Assembly (NCBI GenBank): GCA_002104905.1
Contig: MCFE01000012.1
Coordinates: 1-64,000 of the forward strand
DNA length: 64,000 bases
Source of the DNA: Basidiobolus meristosporus CBS 931.73
Taxonomy: Eukaryota > Fungi > Basidiobolomycota
Direction of reading: 5' to 3'
The notes below the pieces were generated by a model that worked only from the letters and a program-made list of their open reading frames with translations, did not search any database and was not told the origin of the DNA. A program made the position numbers and the translations under genes. Shown here piece by piece: positions 1 through 14,249 of the stretch (the first letter of the stretch is position 1; the number at the start of each line of letters is the position of its first letter).

Positions 1-71
1 GTTTTCATATTATATACGATCTCCATGAGCAGGTATTTATTGTTCGTAGTAGGTTATGGGATACGAAGCGG

Positions 72-1234
72 TTAAAGTTTCGCCATTTTGCGCATTCTTT
101 CAATGCTGTCTGGATATTGGAATGAATTGCCGGTCAACCAGGAACCACCATCGACTACGAAATTACTTCCACTGATCCAGTTTCCACTGGGGGATGCTAA
201 GAAAACGGCCATATGTTCAATATCGCGGATCGAGCCCAGTCTCTGTAAAGGAACTGCACGAATATACCCCTTGGCGTATTCCTTTGGAAGCAAACGCTAC
301 AAAAGAGAAAAGGATTAGTACAGTCCAAGAGATTATCCGAATCTAAGCATACCTCGATTCCTGCAGTTTCTGAGATGGGCTATAGAATAGACAAAAGAAT
401 CGAGTTTAATTTCTTTGAGCGATGAGATTACCAGAGAGTACAAACTTACACCAGGTGCAATGCTATTGACGCGGATTCCATATGGTCCCCATTCCAAGGC
501 GAATACCTTTGTTAAAGTGTCGACTCCCGCCTTCGCAGAAGAAGCATGGGATTGAAGTGGAGTACCATTGTAATGAAGAGTAGCGCTGATATTTAGAATG
601 GTACCCTTCGACTTCTTGAGATGTGGAAAGCAGGCTTTGCTAACATTGAATGTGCCAATTAAATCGATCTCAATCACGGTTCTGAATGCGTTGTATGACA
701 TGTTTTCAGCGGGGACTAGGAAGTTGCCAGCCGCTCCATTGACTAAAATGTCGATTCCACCGAACTTCTCTACAGCTTGAGCCACAGCTTTCTCGACATC
801 CTCAGGCTTGCGAACATCAGCAGAAACGGCGAAGCATTCTCCACCTGTCGAAAACAAATGATAGGGGTGTTGAGTATTCCCGCTCGGTTTGGGTCACAGT
901 GGGTATAACTCTTACCGGTGCTCTTAGCCATTTCCTCAGCTGCTTTAGTAACTCGATCCAGACTGGTTAAACATAGCATTAGCAGTTGAGCTGAATAGTA
1001 TACATAATTAGTCCTACCTTCTACTTGCAATTACCACCTTGGCGCCATGTTTCAACAGTGCTTCAGCAATACCTTTGCATATTCCACTTCCTGTAAAAGA
1101 ACACCAAGCACTCAATATGGCCTCTCACTTCAGAATACGGTGGAACTAACTTTACCTCCGCCAGTTACGAACGCCACCTTTCCCTTCAGAGTATCAGGTA
1201 AGAAAACTGTAGTTGTGTCGACTGGAGCTGCCAT
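72..1234 (-). CDS. SPS19: Peroxisomal 2,4-dienoyl-CoA reductase (SDR family), multi-exon
   Basis: ATG at 1234 gives MAAPVDTTTVFLPDTLKGKVAFVTGGGSGICKG (SDR Gly-rich motif, spliced). Other exons carry DILVNGAAGNFL, IDLIGTFN, HASSAKAGVD and GIRVNSIAPG. The C-terminus ends -AKL (PTS1). Confidence 0.93.
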
Positions 1235-1983
1235 ATTTTAATAAGGGTGTGGGTGGAAGGGTAGAGGAGCACTTGCTATACTTGTTTCTATTTCTTAGTG
1301 GTGTTCTCCAACGTGCTTATATATAGCTCTCCAGTGAATTTCAGAACAGTTTCACAACCATGAGACTCTCGATTATGCAAATTTGGGTTTCCTGCTGATT
1401 AATGAAAATACTCCTAACGACGAGATTGACGACTCGAAAATTGGTGAGAATTTCCCTGACTAAGCGGCAAACCAAATGCCATCCCTGATTATCACGTGAA
1501 TGGTGCCAAATTTGAACGGGCGTTATTGAGTTTCTATAGAGGATACCAACAATCTCCAGCTATGTTCAGCGTGTTTTGCTTTCACCGATACGCTGCTCAG
1601 CAGAGTTAAAGAAATCCGCACATCTCAACAGCCCAATAACGGTGGCTTCCGTGGCAGGGAAGGTATTTTGATGGAAGTTGATCTTCTCGAGCCTCCCAAA
1701 ACCGTTCTGGCATATATATTCATCGTGTACTACTCTCTCACTCGCCAAACCTGGAGGCCTCTGCTGGCAAGAGATGTCAAGATCTACTGCCTAATAATTT
1801 TGACTCTACTGCCTTATGTCATACGATCATCCGAGTAAGATGGTTAACTTCTTGATTAGTGATGGTAATCATATTGCGACTCCCCATGCTGCGTTGCATA
1901 CTATAGTGTCAACATATGGGTCAGCAGGTGTAATCCACCTGCATCTCGACCAATCGATGACGAAGTAATCACTGGGATAAAGA

Positions 1984-2436
1984 GTGGAGGTCGGAGCCAT
2001 CGAATCCCTGTCTGCAGGGTATAGACTAGTGTTCGAGGAAAAATATACTGAGCTGGATACCGTCCAATGTCTTGATCTTTGTGGTCACTGCACTTCACAA
2101 CCAGGAGCTATTTTGGGAAGGAATGATACATCATGCCTTCTGAATAGATGTTGGATGGCTCAAGGTGGTGGAATTGAAGTAGAACATTTAGCCGGAAAAA
2201 TACCTGATCCACATTTCCGAGCTTTCATGCCGGTAGCGCTAGCCTTTGTTACCAGTGGTAGTTATTATACGAGATCAGCAAAGCCATTTGTACTGCATCG
2301 CATCTTCGCCCGGCATGAAGATGGTCGATTCCGCGAGCCTCCTGATGCTCTATGGCCCATACTGAAACTTGATCAAGGGTGGTTTATTGTTCCAGCAATC
2401 AGAGCTACATCTGTGCAGGTCATGTCCATAACGTAG
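1984..2436 (+). CDS. Hypothetical 150-aa ORF, unidentified
   Basis: Longest open frame in the region; other frames are repeatedly interrupted. No recognisable motif and no proper ATG start. Confidence 0.25.
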   Translation: MEVGAIESLSAGYRLVFEEKYTELDTVQCLDLCGHCTSQPGAILGRNDTSCLLNRCWMAQGGGIEVEHLAGKIPDPHFRAFMPVALAFVTSGSYYTRSAKPFVLHRIFARHEDGRFREPPDALWPILKLDQGWFIVPAIRATSVQVMSIT

Positions 2437-3679
2437 ATCAGGGCCATCTAGAATCCATTGATTAAGTTGTTATGTTCGATTAATCGTGCGTCCGTCTCAT
2501 TATTGGCTTATGGCAGGGGTAATCTTGGGTGAAATCAAATATCGCCTTTGTGGTTACTGCACCGACTCGATGAGGCAAGTCAAATGCTATCCCGGGAAAT
2601 TGGATTCTCGTTATGCCACCAAATACCCCTCCAAGCCTGCTACTTCGATTCAATTGTGCGATTCATTAATCGCACATTGGTCTATATTTCGTCTGGAATT
2701 CCACCAGTCCCACGAGATAGAAGGTCTACAGGGGCGGTCAAGAGTCGCGTGCCTTTTCAACTGATTCTTCAACGAAATGTTTTGGCACTTCCCTTCGCAC
2801 GCACAGTGCGTGTATGATAAGCCATGCTCAAGCGATGTGGAGGTTTAGAAAATCCCAATGTGATGCCATACATTTCGTATGTATTACAAGATTCGGAATA
2901 CCAAGCCTGATGCTTTTGATCAGGTCAATCTCAACTCAAAATAATCGTGGCCTATCATAGCCTTGTAGTACCATGATTGAAGTTGATATGCACGCAGGTA
3001 GCTGAGTTCCGTTTTCCTTGAATGAAATTTCACGCTGACATGTTCAACCCTACACCGTCGATTCAACATTCAAAGCGCATGAGCCCATAAACTTGATTAG
3101 GATAAATTTCCCATCGTTTCATAACAAACCTTATTGAAAGGAACCTTGGAAGGCTATAGATATGATAAGCAGGTACTTTTCGGTGTAGATCCTGCGCGGA
3201 TAAATTGAATGTCAAGAAGCAATTCTGCATTTATTTATACAGTTGACCCATTACAAATGGATTGGCCTTTATATGTCATGTCCAAAGGTGGATTCAAGCA
3301 CTTGTGTAGATTGGCATTTTGGGTTCAAATGACTGATTTACCCTCAGGCTATGATGCTTCCTGGAGAATCAGATTTGCAAGGGCTACCGCTACTTTCAAG
3401 TTTAACGGATTAAGAAAAGCAACAACCCAGTCCCGTATGATTGTCGCTGATAGATTAGAGTAATTTGAATGTATATCAATGGCTCCATTTCTATGTTCAT
3501 GGCCTGCATAGTTTGAGGTTTGTAAGTAGCTGAGGCTATTGTATTTGCAGGCCTGGAAAGTTGTCGAGACTCCCTGGATCTAACAGAATAGAGGACACGT
3601 TACGGGGGATGATCCAAGCGGTAGCTAAATTGCTGGGTTTGGCATAAACCGGTTGGTTCTCCCTTTTCCAAAGAAATAT

Positions 3680-5303
3680 CTACTTTTGGTTTCTGTTCAG
3701 TAGACGTTTTTTAGATGGTGTTTGTTCCTGTCCTTCAGACTGGTCCTGATTCATTCTCTTTTGCTTCCGGTCGATTGCACCAACTGCTAAGCCTCCGGAT
3801 GGTTGTCTGTTACGCTGCTCGTGCGCGCCAGCAGGATTACATTGTGCGTCATTTACTGGTAGTAAAAAAGGGTATAGTTTATCAGAAAAGGAGTCCAGAT
3901 GGACCATGTCGGCAATGAAAGGATGTTGAATAGCCATTCCAGGGGTCAAGCGTTTCGATGGATCATATAATAGTAAGCTTGAAATAAAGTCCAAAAAATT
4001 GACGTCCGTAGTCTTCAATAGGTTTGCAATGCTAGAGAGCGAAGGGATGGTGTCAATAAAAGTCGGCTTGTATTTGGCAGTTTGCGTGCCTACCTTTGGG
4101 CAATATGAAGTTTGATATCTGCATCGTCTTGGGTGGGCTTTAAGAATTTGTCGTCGCAATATTTGCCGTTCTTGTAAATTTCTTTCGGAAATTTTCCTAA
4201 CAAACGCGACATTTCATTCATCATATCGCTGCGCGTTATGCTTGCGAAAAGCGTATGTCCCATCCACGTCTCACACAGAATGCATCCTAGTATACGTATA
4301 AAGGTTATTATAAGGGGTTCCTGACAAAGGTTATATCCTACATGGCACTACCTAAAGACCACATATCAATTGGTAATCCGAATGGAATCCCAAAAAGGAC
4401 CTAAATAGTGAGCTAGGTTAGATTTCTGCGATCTTGTATAGCCTGGAATCCTAGAATCACCTCTGGTGCTCTATAGTTCATGGCTTGGACGTTGTAAGTT
4501 TGATAATAGTAAGGTAATTCGCTGAGACCAATAGAATTCCCAAAATCTAACACTTTAATGTCGAGTGAATTCGCTAAATAAACAAGCAATGTTAGCGTGT
4601 AAGCCACAGCTAGGAGCGAGTGGATTTGAGTAACCTTGCGTATGTAGGATGTTATCTGGTTTAAGGTCCGCATGTAAAATTCCAAGTTTTGATAGCAAAA
4701 GCAGCGAGGTTACAAGTTGACATGAGATTCGACGAGTAATTGAGAGTCGGCGAAGCTCCTGTTCCCGTGACAGGTGTGATGAATCGGCCGAGCTTGTACC
4801 TACAGCATGCTTGATTGATAATGGGCCGCCTGATAACCATTCCAGTACGATACATATGTAAGAGCCGAAATTGAATGTGTCGAATATCTGAACCAACTGA
4901 AAGTTTTTCTCATCATTAAATATCGTTAGCTGTCGAAGCCTGATAATTTCCTGAGTTCACAAAGAAAATATGATTAGTATAGCTTGACTAAGATATGAAT
5001 CAGGTGGAGCCCAATCTATCGGCATCTATTCCATAAATCGTGGTCAACACAATCATTTATACTTACTGTGATAGCTTGTCGGTTGTATTTGTGATGAAGG
5101 ATTTTCAAAGCAACTAGACGTTTCTTCGGATGTGCTAAATCGCGGGCCAATAGTACTTGGGAAAAGGAGCCAGTTCCTATCTTTTGAAGAACTTCGTACC
5201 GTTTTCCTAGTACCAAGCGAGATTCGTTTAAGTTGTTGCTTGAATTTAAGGTTTCAAACGCTGCACTGTCTACTCGATTAAGGATTAGCAAAGGTTGGCG
5301 CAA
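3680..5303 (-). CDS. Divergent DYRK/HIPK-like CMGC protein kinase, multi-exon; 5' exons unresolved (may extend to about 6100)
   Basis: Motifs in order: RYEVLQKIGTGSFSQV, LVALKIL, HADLKPDNIL, IKVLDFGNS, YRAPEVILG, DFISSLLLYDPSKRLTPGMAIQHPF. Confidence 0.85.
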
Positions 5304-7364
5304 CTGGTGTTGAGAGAAGGTGACTGAAAAGGGAGCTATGATCTAGCAGTTTCTCACACAATGAAATGGTTGTTGAACTTAAAGAAACAAAATGATGCAC
5401 ACCGTACCTGTCCCAGGGGAATTCAATAGCATCACCAATTGGCTATTGATAATTAGTGGTATATATGTCAAAGAGTCAGTTCGAAATTCCTAGTTCTGAG
5501 TAAAAAAACAAAGGCGTCTTTGCAAAAGCCAATACCGTTCAAACAATATCGAGCAGGACGAAAGTATTTATTTGATTGATGAGGAAACCAGAAAAGAGTT
5601 GTGTAATGACACTGAGTTCGGCAGAAACAGACTGGTAGAAAAAAGGGTGAATACAAAGTTCAATATAATCGTATCGAGGCGTAAATCAAATCCATCTACC
5701 ACCCAAATCAATATATCATGAAATCGGGTATTGTCAAGGGATGGAGTGATCATGATCTCAATTGTGTATGGCTATAAATTTCCGGAATGACTAATTCTTC
5801 GATATTAGCTTCGGGTACAAATCCTCAGTGGGCTGCTCAGTGCGAGTCGCAGTGTGTTTCAGGTTATCGGTAAGAATGATGGGTCACCTCGCGATTAACC
5901 CCTCGCTTACATTGGGGCGTGGTCAGCAGAAATGGATCTAGCAGTTTGGGATCGTGGGGCTGTGTTGCTGTTTCTGGGTATGCTCTGAATCAATACTCTC
6001 GGACATGAATGATGTTTTTGGTGGCTCGAGTGTAAAGCACTTGATGCCTAGGAATTACCGATTTTGCTGCGAAACAAATGATTAATCTCCCAACAAGTCG
6101 AATGGACTGGACGAGTGGGGTGTCATACTACAGATGATTCCTCATGGCGCAGTGGTTGTTAGCAGAGTTATACGATGGAGGCGGGGCAGCTAATTGGCTG
6201 ATTACCGTTCAACAGGTGACAAAGATTGTCCTCTCCATCGAAAGTTTACAGCTATTAGCCTGATAATCAAAAGGAGGGAAATAGCATATATGGGATGGTT
6301 TGATGGTAATGGTTGCCGGTTATGGTCAACATCATATTAAGGAGCACCACGCTTACTATGAGATAACTGCATATAATAGAGTAGTCCTTTGTGTATTTAT
6401 TCGTGACGGCTATTTTTATCGAAAGCAACGCCGCTATTCCTATGATTCAATATGGTTACCAATCGGCTTACCGGAATGATAGACGATGAAAGTGCTCCTC
6501 ACTTGGAAGGTAAGTAATTGTTTTATGCGGCCAATGGGCTACTGGGGCCAGTGCGAGAATGTGTTTGACAATCGTGTCTTCATCAGTACTAAAACCAGAT
6601 ACCCAGCAAACTCGCAGCTGAGCTTGGGAATGGAGTGGCTGGTTGTTGATTCAAAGTACAAGACGCAGTTGTTGTCCATCAAGTAGACCCAAATTCCATT
6701 AATCAACACGTATTACTTATACCATGTTTGGTATTATACCACTGGTGTAATGATAGTTGTGTCGTTTCACTCACTAATGTTCCATTTAAATCGTGCAAGT
6801 AGCAACCATGTGGATTTCAAATGTAGGTACTCAAGCGCCCGGTCAATTCAATTTACATGCTAGTATAATAAGTAGCGTCGTTTTAACATCTAGGCGTCTT
6901 GTGTGGGAAGTGAAATTGTACTGAATGTGCTACTAGGATTTCATCAATATGCTAGTTCATTGGGCCCAGCCACCCTCGTAAACTAGACTATCTCAATGTA
7001 GAGTGCAATATTTTATATTTATATTGTATATCAGATGTAGATATGTTGGAACTAAACACAACATTCCATACAAATCGAAATCCTCAGCTTGTTACCTGCT
7101 TTCTCCATTGCAATTTCACTAATAATGTACATCACTCCATCCGATATATCATAACACCTCTCCTGCAGTTTGTTGGTTCAAATATATTCGAGTTTCATAT
7201 GCTGTAATCGACTTTCCAAAGCTGATGGCAGTCGCTACAGCATTGTGATTACTTGGTGGTTACATTTTTGCATACACAAGGAGCTCCAGTAGGTGGAGGC
7301 AATGTAGTTGACCATGTAGTGGGGCATTTTCAATCGAGAAAAGCAAAATTGAAGAGTATCTTGC

Positions 7365-7990
7365 TCACAATTCTAAAAAATCCCCTACCATGCACATAAG
7401 CTCAATTGTACTCGGTCTGCAGTTCTTGCGAGATGATGTTTCGTCGTGGACTGATACAAACGATGGTAAGTTGTCTTCCTCAATAAATTCCAGTTTGCTT
7501 CGATGACGGGGGGCCAAATATAAAGGTTCTATCTCGTTCCAATTACTAAAAATTATTTCATCATGCTCAATTGGCAATGGAAAAAGAAAATAGGCACGTA
7601 TATATAACTCTTTCAACATGTTCCAGCTTGGAATGGGTTCGCACAGGCTTGTTAACCGTTTGTTTAATTCGGCAATAGAGCCAGGTTTTGTAAGATACCC
7701 TTGGATGTGGCGCTTTTTGACCTCCAAGTAGGTTATATTATCGACCTGAAATTCATTCAGGTGTCGACCTAGATGAAGACGGATCCATTTGGACTACAGT
7801 TAGTTAGCATAGTTACCAAGAGTGGCGCTGCTCATGGACTTCACCAGCTTGAGTCGACCGTGCTGCATTTTCTCTCCATAGAAATCTTCATAAACACGAG
7901 GGATGCTGGACAATGGTATAAACATGACAGAGTCAAATAAAGTCAAGATCTTGGTGCACGTAGGATGTTCCTTCCACATGGTATTAAAAA
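7365..7990 (-). CDS. Hypothetical multi-exon protein; boundaries approximate
   Basis: The 120-aa ORF joins an upstream exon (VMFIPLSSIPRVYEDFYGEKMQHGRLKLVKSMSSATL) through a canonical gtaact...gctaac...tag intron. No family recognised. Confidence 0.45.
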
Positions 7991-9728
7991 TCTACTATCA
8001 GATTTCCTGTGGTCTTTAGGGCTATTTATGCTGGCCATTCCTAGTAAGAAATCCTTATCTCGTCAGTAGCATCAACGAAACTTTGCTAGGTGACCAGAAA
8101 GGTCAATCGGTGTATTCATCATTAGTGGCGTGTATCCAGTTGCCACAGTAGAATGGCCTGGTTTTCCATTGGATTTTGTTCGGAACAAATCAAACTTCAA
8201 TCATATTACAATATCAATAGCATTGATGATTAAGAGACAATATTTGAGCCATTTCAGAATTCGATTACAACATTGATTACCTGTCTCACTGGTGCGTTGT
8301 TTACCAAGGCCCTCCAGAACCAATGTGTAATATTTAGGCAGCATCCATTCTCAAGTATACATGCATGTTCTCAGGTATTACAAGATTGCATAAATGACTT
8401 TTCACTTGCTTCTTATCGAGATTATGCGACAGCTAAAGCTGGTAATTCTGCCTCTTTCATACTTGGTTATCATATCATGCCCAGGTCTCATCAGTTTGAG
8501 GCTAGGGGTCGCGACTATCGGAATACATATCTGTCCTCACTTGGGCTACTTTGCTTGCAGATGCTCAAACTACCCTTTGATGCATAATTGATACAGTAGT
8601 GTTCATAGTACCTCGATAATATTAACGATCCTGGTACCATCATTTTAATTGAACTTCAAATCAAATATCTTATCTGGCATTGAAAAAATCCACATGTTCG
8701 AACGCTGGTTCCAGCACACAATTTCCGGATGTTCGATGGAGAGCAGGCCGATTCACATGATATTTGGAAACCTTCAGCTATCAACGCAATTCTCTCTTGG
8801 ACGTTGGTTGCATAGCATGTAAGTAAATGCATCCATTACCCAACTTTGACTTTGGAACCTGTTAGAATTTGGTTCGTATCTCAAATTACACTACAATGAT
8901 CGCACAGCTGGTTGAGGAGATTTATTGATAGAGCCTCCCATCATGTACTCCAATTCATTTGCATCTCTACTACACCTTCAATTTTCATTCGCTAAATGGC
9001 TTTGCAGCTATGATACGAACTAGAGCATATCCTCCACTGAAAGATAACCAAGAAAATCGGAACGAATGGTGATAAATACTGGTCCATCTCATTGACCTTG
9101 TGTTCTTTGCTCTCAAATTTCACGGGTTTCTTAATTAATATCAGATATATAACACATGTCTGCATATTTATGGCGTATGTATTGAATCACAATTTCAGTG
9201 AAGAACGCTCTAATTCATAAGAGCGGGTATTCCCCTACTATGCATACCCCTAATCCAAAGCTACTCAAACACCATTACTCTTGAGAAACTATATATTCTA
9301 CTGGATGCTTCGAGGGCACCATGGTGCAATTACCTCTCAGGCATCACTATCTCCATCACCAACCTTAATATACCTTTCGGACATTACATCAATATCCCTT
9401 TTAACAGTCAAACACTAATTCGTGTCGTCCTTTGCTTATACAAAGATCGTTTCAGCTTTCGATTGTTACCGTAGCTCGGAGATCAATTCCATTCTTTAAC
9501 GAAACCTAATGTATACATATTGTAGATCAATTGTTTAATCGTAACTGATTTTCTTCCCTCAGAACCTTTAAATATACTAGCTGTGTCTACAGGTGCGCCT
9601 ATCCTCACTAATTCATTTCCCAAGGCCATTTCTACAACTACTATCGGGCCAACGATATTGGAAACAAGTTTGGCGACTCCCCTAGCTCTGTTTATACCGC
9701 AACACGGTTGATTGCAAATCTTTTCAAC

Positions 9729-11372
9729 ATGGTCACATTTTCCACTGATGTATGGGCGCCAGCTCTTGGAAATACTGTTAGCAGAAGGCCTGCAGAAGTG
9801 CGCTCAAGAAAATATTCTAGCAACGGATTCAAACCACAGCGCAGAGTCAATCATAATGCAAGATATATAAACAAGGAGACAGGTACAAGTTATCAGGCAA
9901 ATACTGATAATGTACTCTCTCTGGTACTGGTCGATGAGGAGGAACTCATTTCTTCCGGTACGATACGTAGTGGAATGGGCCAAGTGGAGGCGACCAAGCC
10001 CAAATTCTTCCGTAAAATCCAAAAACATTTTGACGCAAAACTGGGCGGAAATTCTTCAAACACCTCAGATGAGATTACCTCCAACAGCTTCTCAAGTTCG
10101 AGTGAAGTATCAAGTCCCTCATTGAAAAGGAATTCCCTGGTAGAAAAATATGGTGTTTGCAAGAAAGGAAGTATCGGTCGAGGGGCGACTTCAATTGTTA
10201 AGCTGGCATACAAAATAGAAATGGACTCTAAAAGTGGAAGCACCAGTGAAAAGATCTACGCCATCAAGGAATTCCGGAAGCGGAAGAAGGACGAAACAGA
10301 GAAGGAATACTTGAAGAAGCTGGCTAGCGAATTCTGTATCAGCTCCTCTCTTCACCATCTCAACATTGTAAAGACAGTGGACTTGGTGCAAGATGAAAAT
10401 AAGCAATGGTGTCAAGTCATGGTATGCTTCTATCAATTCCTTAATATTGTGGTATATCAATTGACTAAACGTGCCTGATATACGATCCAGGAATACTGTT
10501 CTGGTGGTGATTTGTACAATGCAATCAAAAGCGGGCCCATGTCTGACGCAGAGGCGAATTGCTGCTTCAAGCAATTGATAACTGGATTGAATTATTTGCA
10601 CTCTATGGGGGTGGCTCACAGGTAAACTTTATTTGTTAAGTTGCATTGGACTTTCATACTGATTTGGCGCTAGGGATATCAAACCAGAGAACATTTTGTT
10701 GGATGAGAATGGCTACCTGAAAATTACTGACTTTGGTGTGTCAGACGTGTTTAAAATGGGCTGGGAGAAGAAATGTCACAAGTCTAGGGGAATCTGTGGC
10801 TCTGGTAACGATATTAAGCCACGCAGACTGCCACCTCAAATACTAAACTCGGGTACCATGAACGAATATATCTAGAGCCATACATTGCCCCGGAAGCCTT
10901 TACTTGTAAGGAGTATGATGGAAGAAAGTTTGACGTATGGTATGGCATTGGCGGATTTCATTTAACCTCGGAAATGTAATTAAGCACACGCACATATGTG
11001 TATAGGGCATGTGGGATTGTATACTATACAATGGTGTATCGTGGGATTCCTTTCAGAATTGCAAATCTGAACGAACCAACTTACGTCCAATTCCTGAACT
11101 CTCGCAAATTGGGCAATTATGAGCCCATAACGAGACTTCCTGAAGGATGCCGGAATCTAATGATGAAAATTTTGGAGCCCAACCCAGATTTGAGAATAAC
11201 CACGGATGAAATCCTGAAGGATGAGGTACATGCTGTGATACACCATCACGTTCTTGTTGAGCGTTATCTGATGAATTCCAATATCGATTAGTGGCTTATG
11301 AGCGTGGAAGTATGCTGCAATGGAAACACTGTACACAAACATATACCGAATAAGCCTTCTGGCTTGCAGTAA
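9729..11372 (+). CDS. NPR/HAL-family (Hrk1/Sat4-like) Ser/Thr protein kinase, multi-exon
   Basis: IGRGATSIV, YAIKEFRKR..ETEKEYLKKLASEFCISSSLHHLNIV, MEYCSGGDL, HRDIKPENILL, ITDFGVS, GICGSEPYIAPE, DVWACGI. Spliced frame ends at TAA 11370-11372. Confidence 0.93.
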
Positions 11373-12105
11373 CTGTCGCTACATGATATTCCAGAGGTTA
11401 TTGTAGAGGGACCTCGTGCTACAACCGTGCTGACTCCCTGTTTGATAGCTGTGGTGCTTAGATTTTAATGTCCCATTCGCCATCAAATACTTATTTTAAT
11501 AATCACGGATGGCTCAATTGCCTAATAGAAAAATATATATCGAGTATGGAATTAGTAAGATGAGTTTTCTAGATTATATTAGTACGGCACAGGGCATCCT
11601 TGGATAATGCAAGACAGTCGTGTGGCGCAGGGGTGGCTTATAGTTTTCCCGAGTGATGTGTCGCAGTAGTAGTGAAAGATCAACCTTATATCAATATTGC
11701 ATCATATATATTGGGAATCAATTCAAATTGTGGCTGGCTAACTGCATCACGGCCATTATAAATGGCTGCCCTAGGGCTCTATACAGTTTAGCGAAGATGT
11801 ACCGGAATTTTGGAAGACTACCCTCCCCAGCCGAAGAAACACAGCCTGATGGTTACTGGAAGGTAAGGGTAACATCGATGTGAATGTACCTTCGCCAGCT
11901 GCTAAAGAAGTATAAAAAAGCTCCCCATGTTTCAGAATTTTAAAGAGTTATTTGGGGTAAATAATGAGTTGTTATTCCAAATAGAAAGAGAAGCGCATGT
12001 TTCATTAGCATACAGTAAGTCAGATAAGGTAATACCAAGGCATAAATTTGCGGTTATCGAGTCATGTAGTGAGCATTATGCAAGTACCTAGAGATTCGAG
12101 GAGAG

Positions 12106-13830
12106 ATGGAGGGTGTCACGACTGCCATCTCCATGCTTGATCAACGAGCAAGCTATCTAACTGAGGTTTCGTTAGTTAGCGCTATTGTGGCCATCATTTA
12201 GAAGTAACATCAGATATTTTAGCTTAGTGAGCGGGAATCTAGGTCTAGGCCGAAGTCACTAAGGCGACGAAAATTACATAATGCATTAAGGACAAGAGTG
12301 GACATAGTGAAGAGACATGAGATAGAGTTGGCTAGGCTCTCAAAAGCACCCGAATCCTTTGCACCTTATTCCTATTTCTTGGAAACCCCTCGTACTATGA
12401 TCAATTTACTTGAGAAGAACGACAGCAAACTAAATGCTTTAAGGGTCTCAACGAACTCGCATATCTGGTGTGACCCAGTAAAGAAGGTATGCCCCATCCA
12501 TAGCTAAATATGATACCCCGCATGTAGCAAACCAATTTTTCACTGGGGCTAGCATTTGAATATTCAGAGTTATGACTTCGGAAAGTTTTCTTTGGCCCGA
12601 GACGGATTAAAGCGGCTTCTTATCGAGTTGGTAGTATTGGGATTTACTACCTTTAAGAATTGATGATGTTCTGACCAACTATCGACAAGACGGATGATCT
12701 CATCAGTGAAACGAAAAATATGCATTTGCTTGAGCCTTTATTGGAAAACGACCTCATTGAACTGCGACAAGCCACAGAAGATACACTAGCCCCGTATTCG
12801 AAATCCAAAAATCTGCTCATTTTGGTCGAAATTTACAAGGGACAGCAGTGCCTAAAAGTGAAGAATGACTATCAAATGTATACTATTCGATACTATTCAA
12901 CTGTATGTAGGAGAGTTCGCATTTAACAGTGTGATAGGAATACCATCCACGACATGAACACGAAGCTAAAGAGATGTATTACGAATGAACTGGAAAAACT
13001 GCAATACCATCATAGCAGGATCAAACTGGAAGTCAGGTGAGTATATGTCACTTGCACTCTCTACAGGGGCCCTTGATTTTACTGCACTTGCGTAGTTTTG
13101 GTAGGTTCGCTATCCTAGACAAAAAGTATAAAGATGTGTGGGAAATACCAGATGTGGTACAAAACACCATTCTAACTGCCGATTTGCGTTACACATTCAT
13201 ATCAAGGTAAGGTATTCTAATTACACCCCAGACTTCTCTAGTTCACGTTAGTATCCTAGAATCCATGAGGGATTAGAGCAAAATCCAATCATGGAATATC
13301 TCAAGTATTTCAAAACTGAATCGACAGAATGTGTCAACAACCCCCAAGTCTACTATAAGATGTATTTTTCCGATAAAACCATCCTGGAGTTCAAACTCAG
13401 CGGGGGAATCATCTCGTCATCTATGGTGCTCAGTGAACCTCGAACCTTAACTAGAATGAATAAGATCTTTCCAGAATGGTAGGTTTCTTTTTAACTTGGC
13501 TTAACTAGATGCAAATCTCAAAACAACAAACCAGTTTTTTTGATTTACAGATCGCATTAACAGCGAGTAAGATAGGTGAGATTTCCCCCGAGGTGGAATT
13601 CTTCCTAAGCAACATACAGCCAAAGTCGTAAATTATCGGGTTTGATTATTGTAGAAAGCCGAATTTTAACTCTACCTTTAGCCAGGATGGGATTTCCTTC
13701 CTTAACACCAGCAATCTTATCGTAGAGAGAATAACGAAAGTTCGAAGCTGGCATTTCATTGGATTACCTAAAGATTGGATAGTGGAACTTCAGGAACAAA
13801 CTAGATATGACTATAAACATCGAGGTAAGT
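12106..13830 (+). CDS. Uncharacterised multi-exon gene; exon chain not fully resolvable
   Basis: Several consecutive open segments (12298-12507, 12720-12926, 13291-13482) flanked by GT/AG intron-like signals. One junction near 12.65-12.72 kb could not be put in frame. Confidence 0.4.
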
Positions 13831-14249
13831 CAGGTTTCAAGATGAAAGAAACTGACGGGGAACGCTTTCACGCCGTGAAAATTAAGGTATAAAACGATAA
13901 AGGCTCTGATGGCGGTTATCTGCTTACTTATAGCGTATGTAGATATATCGGGAGCATTGGAAAGATGTACTCATCAAGAACGTATTGCCACGCACTTCAA
14001 ATCGCCCTTATTGGGGTCTTGAGGATGTAGTTGACAGAAATGATTTTTTGGTCTTGCAAAAGTACACTAACAAGCTCCTGAGTGGCCTTGCGACCAAGTG
14101 TTTGAGTACAAATTTATCCAGAACGCATTGCTTGAATTGAACCGAACTGCTTCTAGAAGAATATATAGTATTCTTTATGTTTTATTATTCGATAAGTGGT
14201 GGAAACATATGTATATGGTATCATAACATGAAATGAACAACCCTGAGAT

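Noticed and set aside
8640-9080. Protein-like frame (KNPHVRTLVPAHNFRMFDGEQADSHDIW...) with an intron-like gtaagt...tag
   Set aside because: In-frame stops and no recognisable family; a pseudogene cannot be distinguished from chance.
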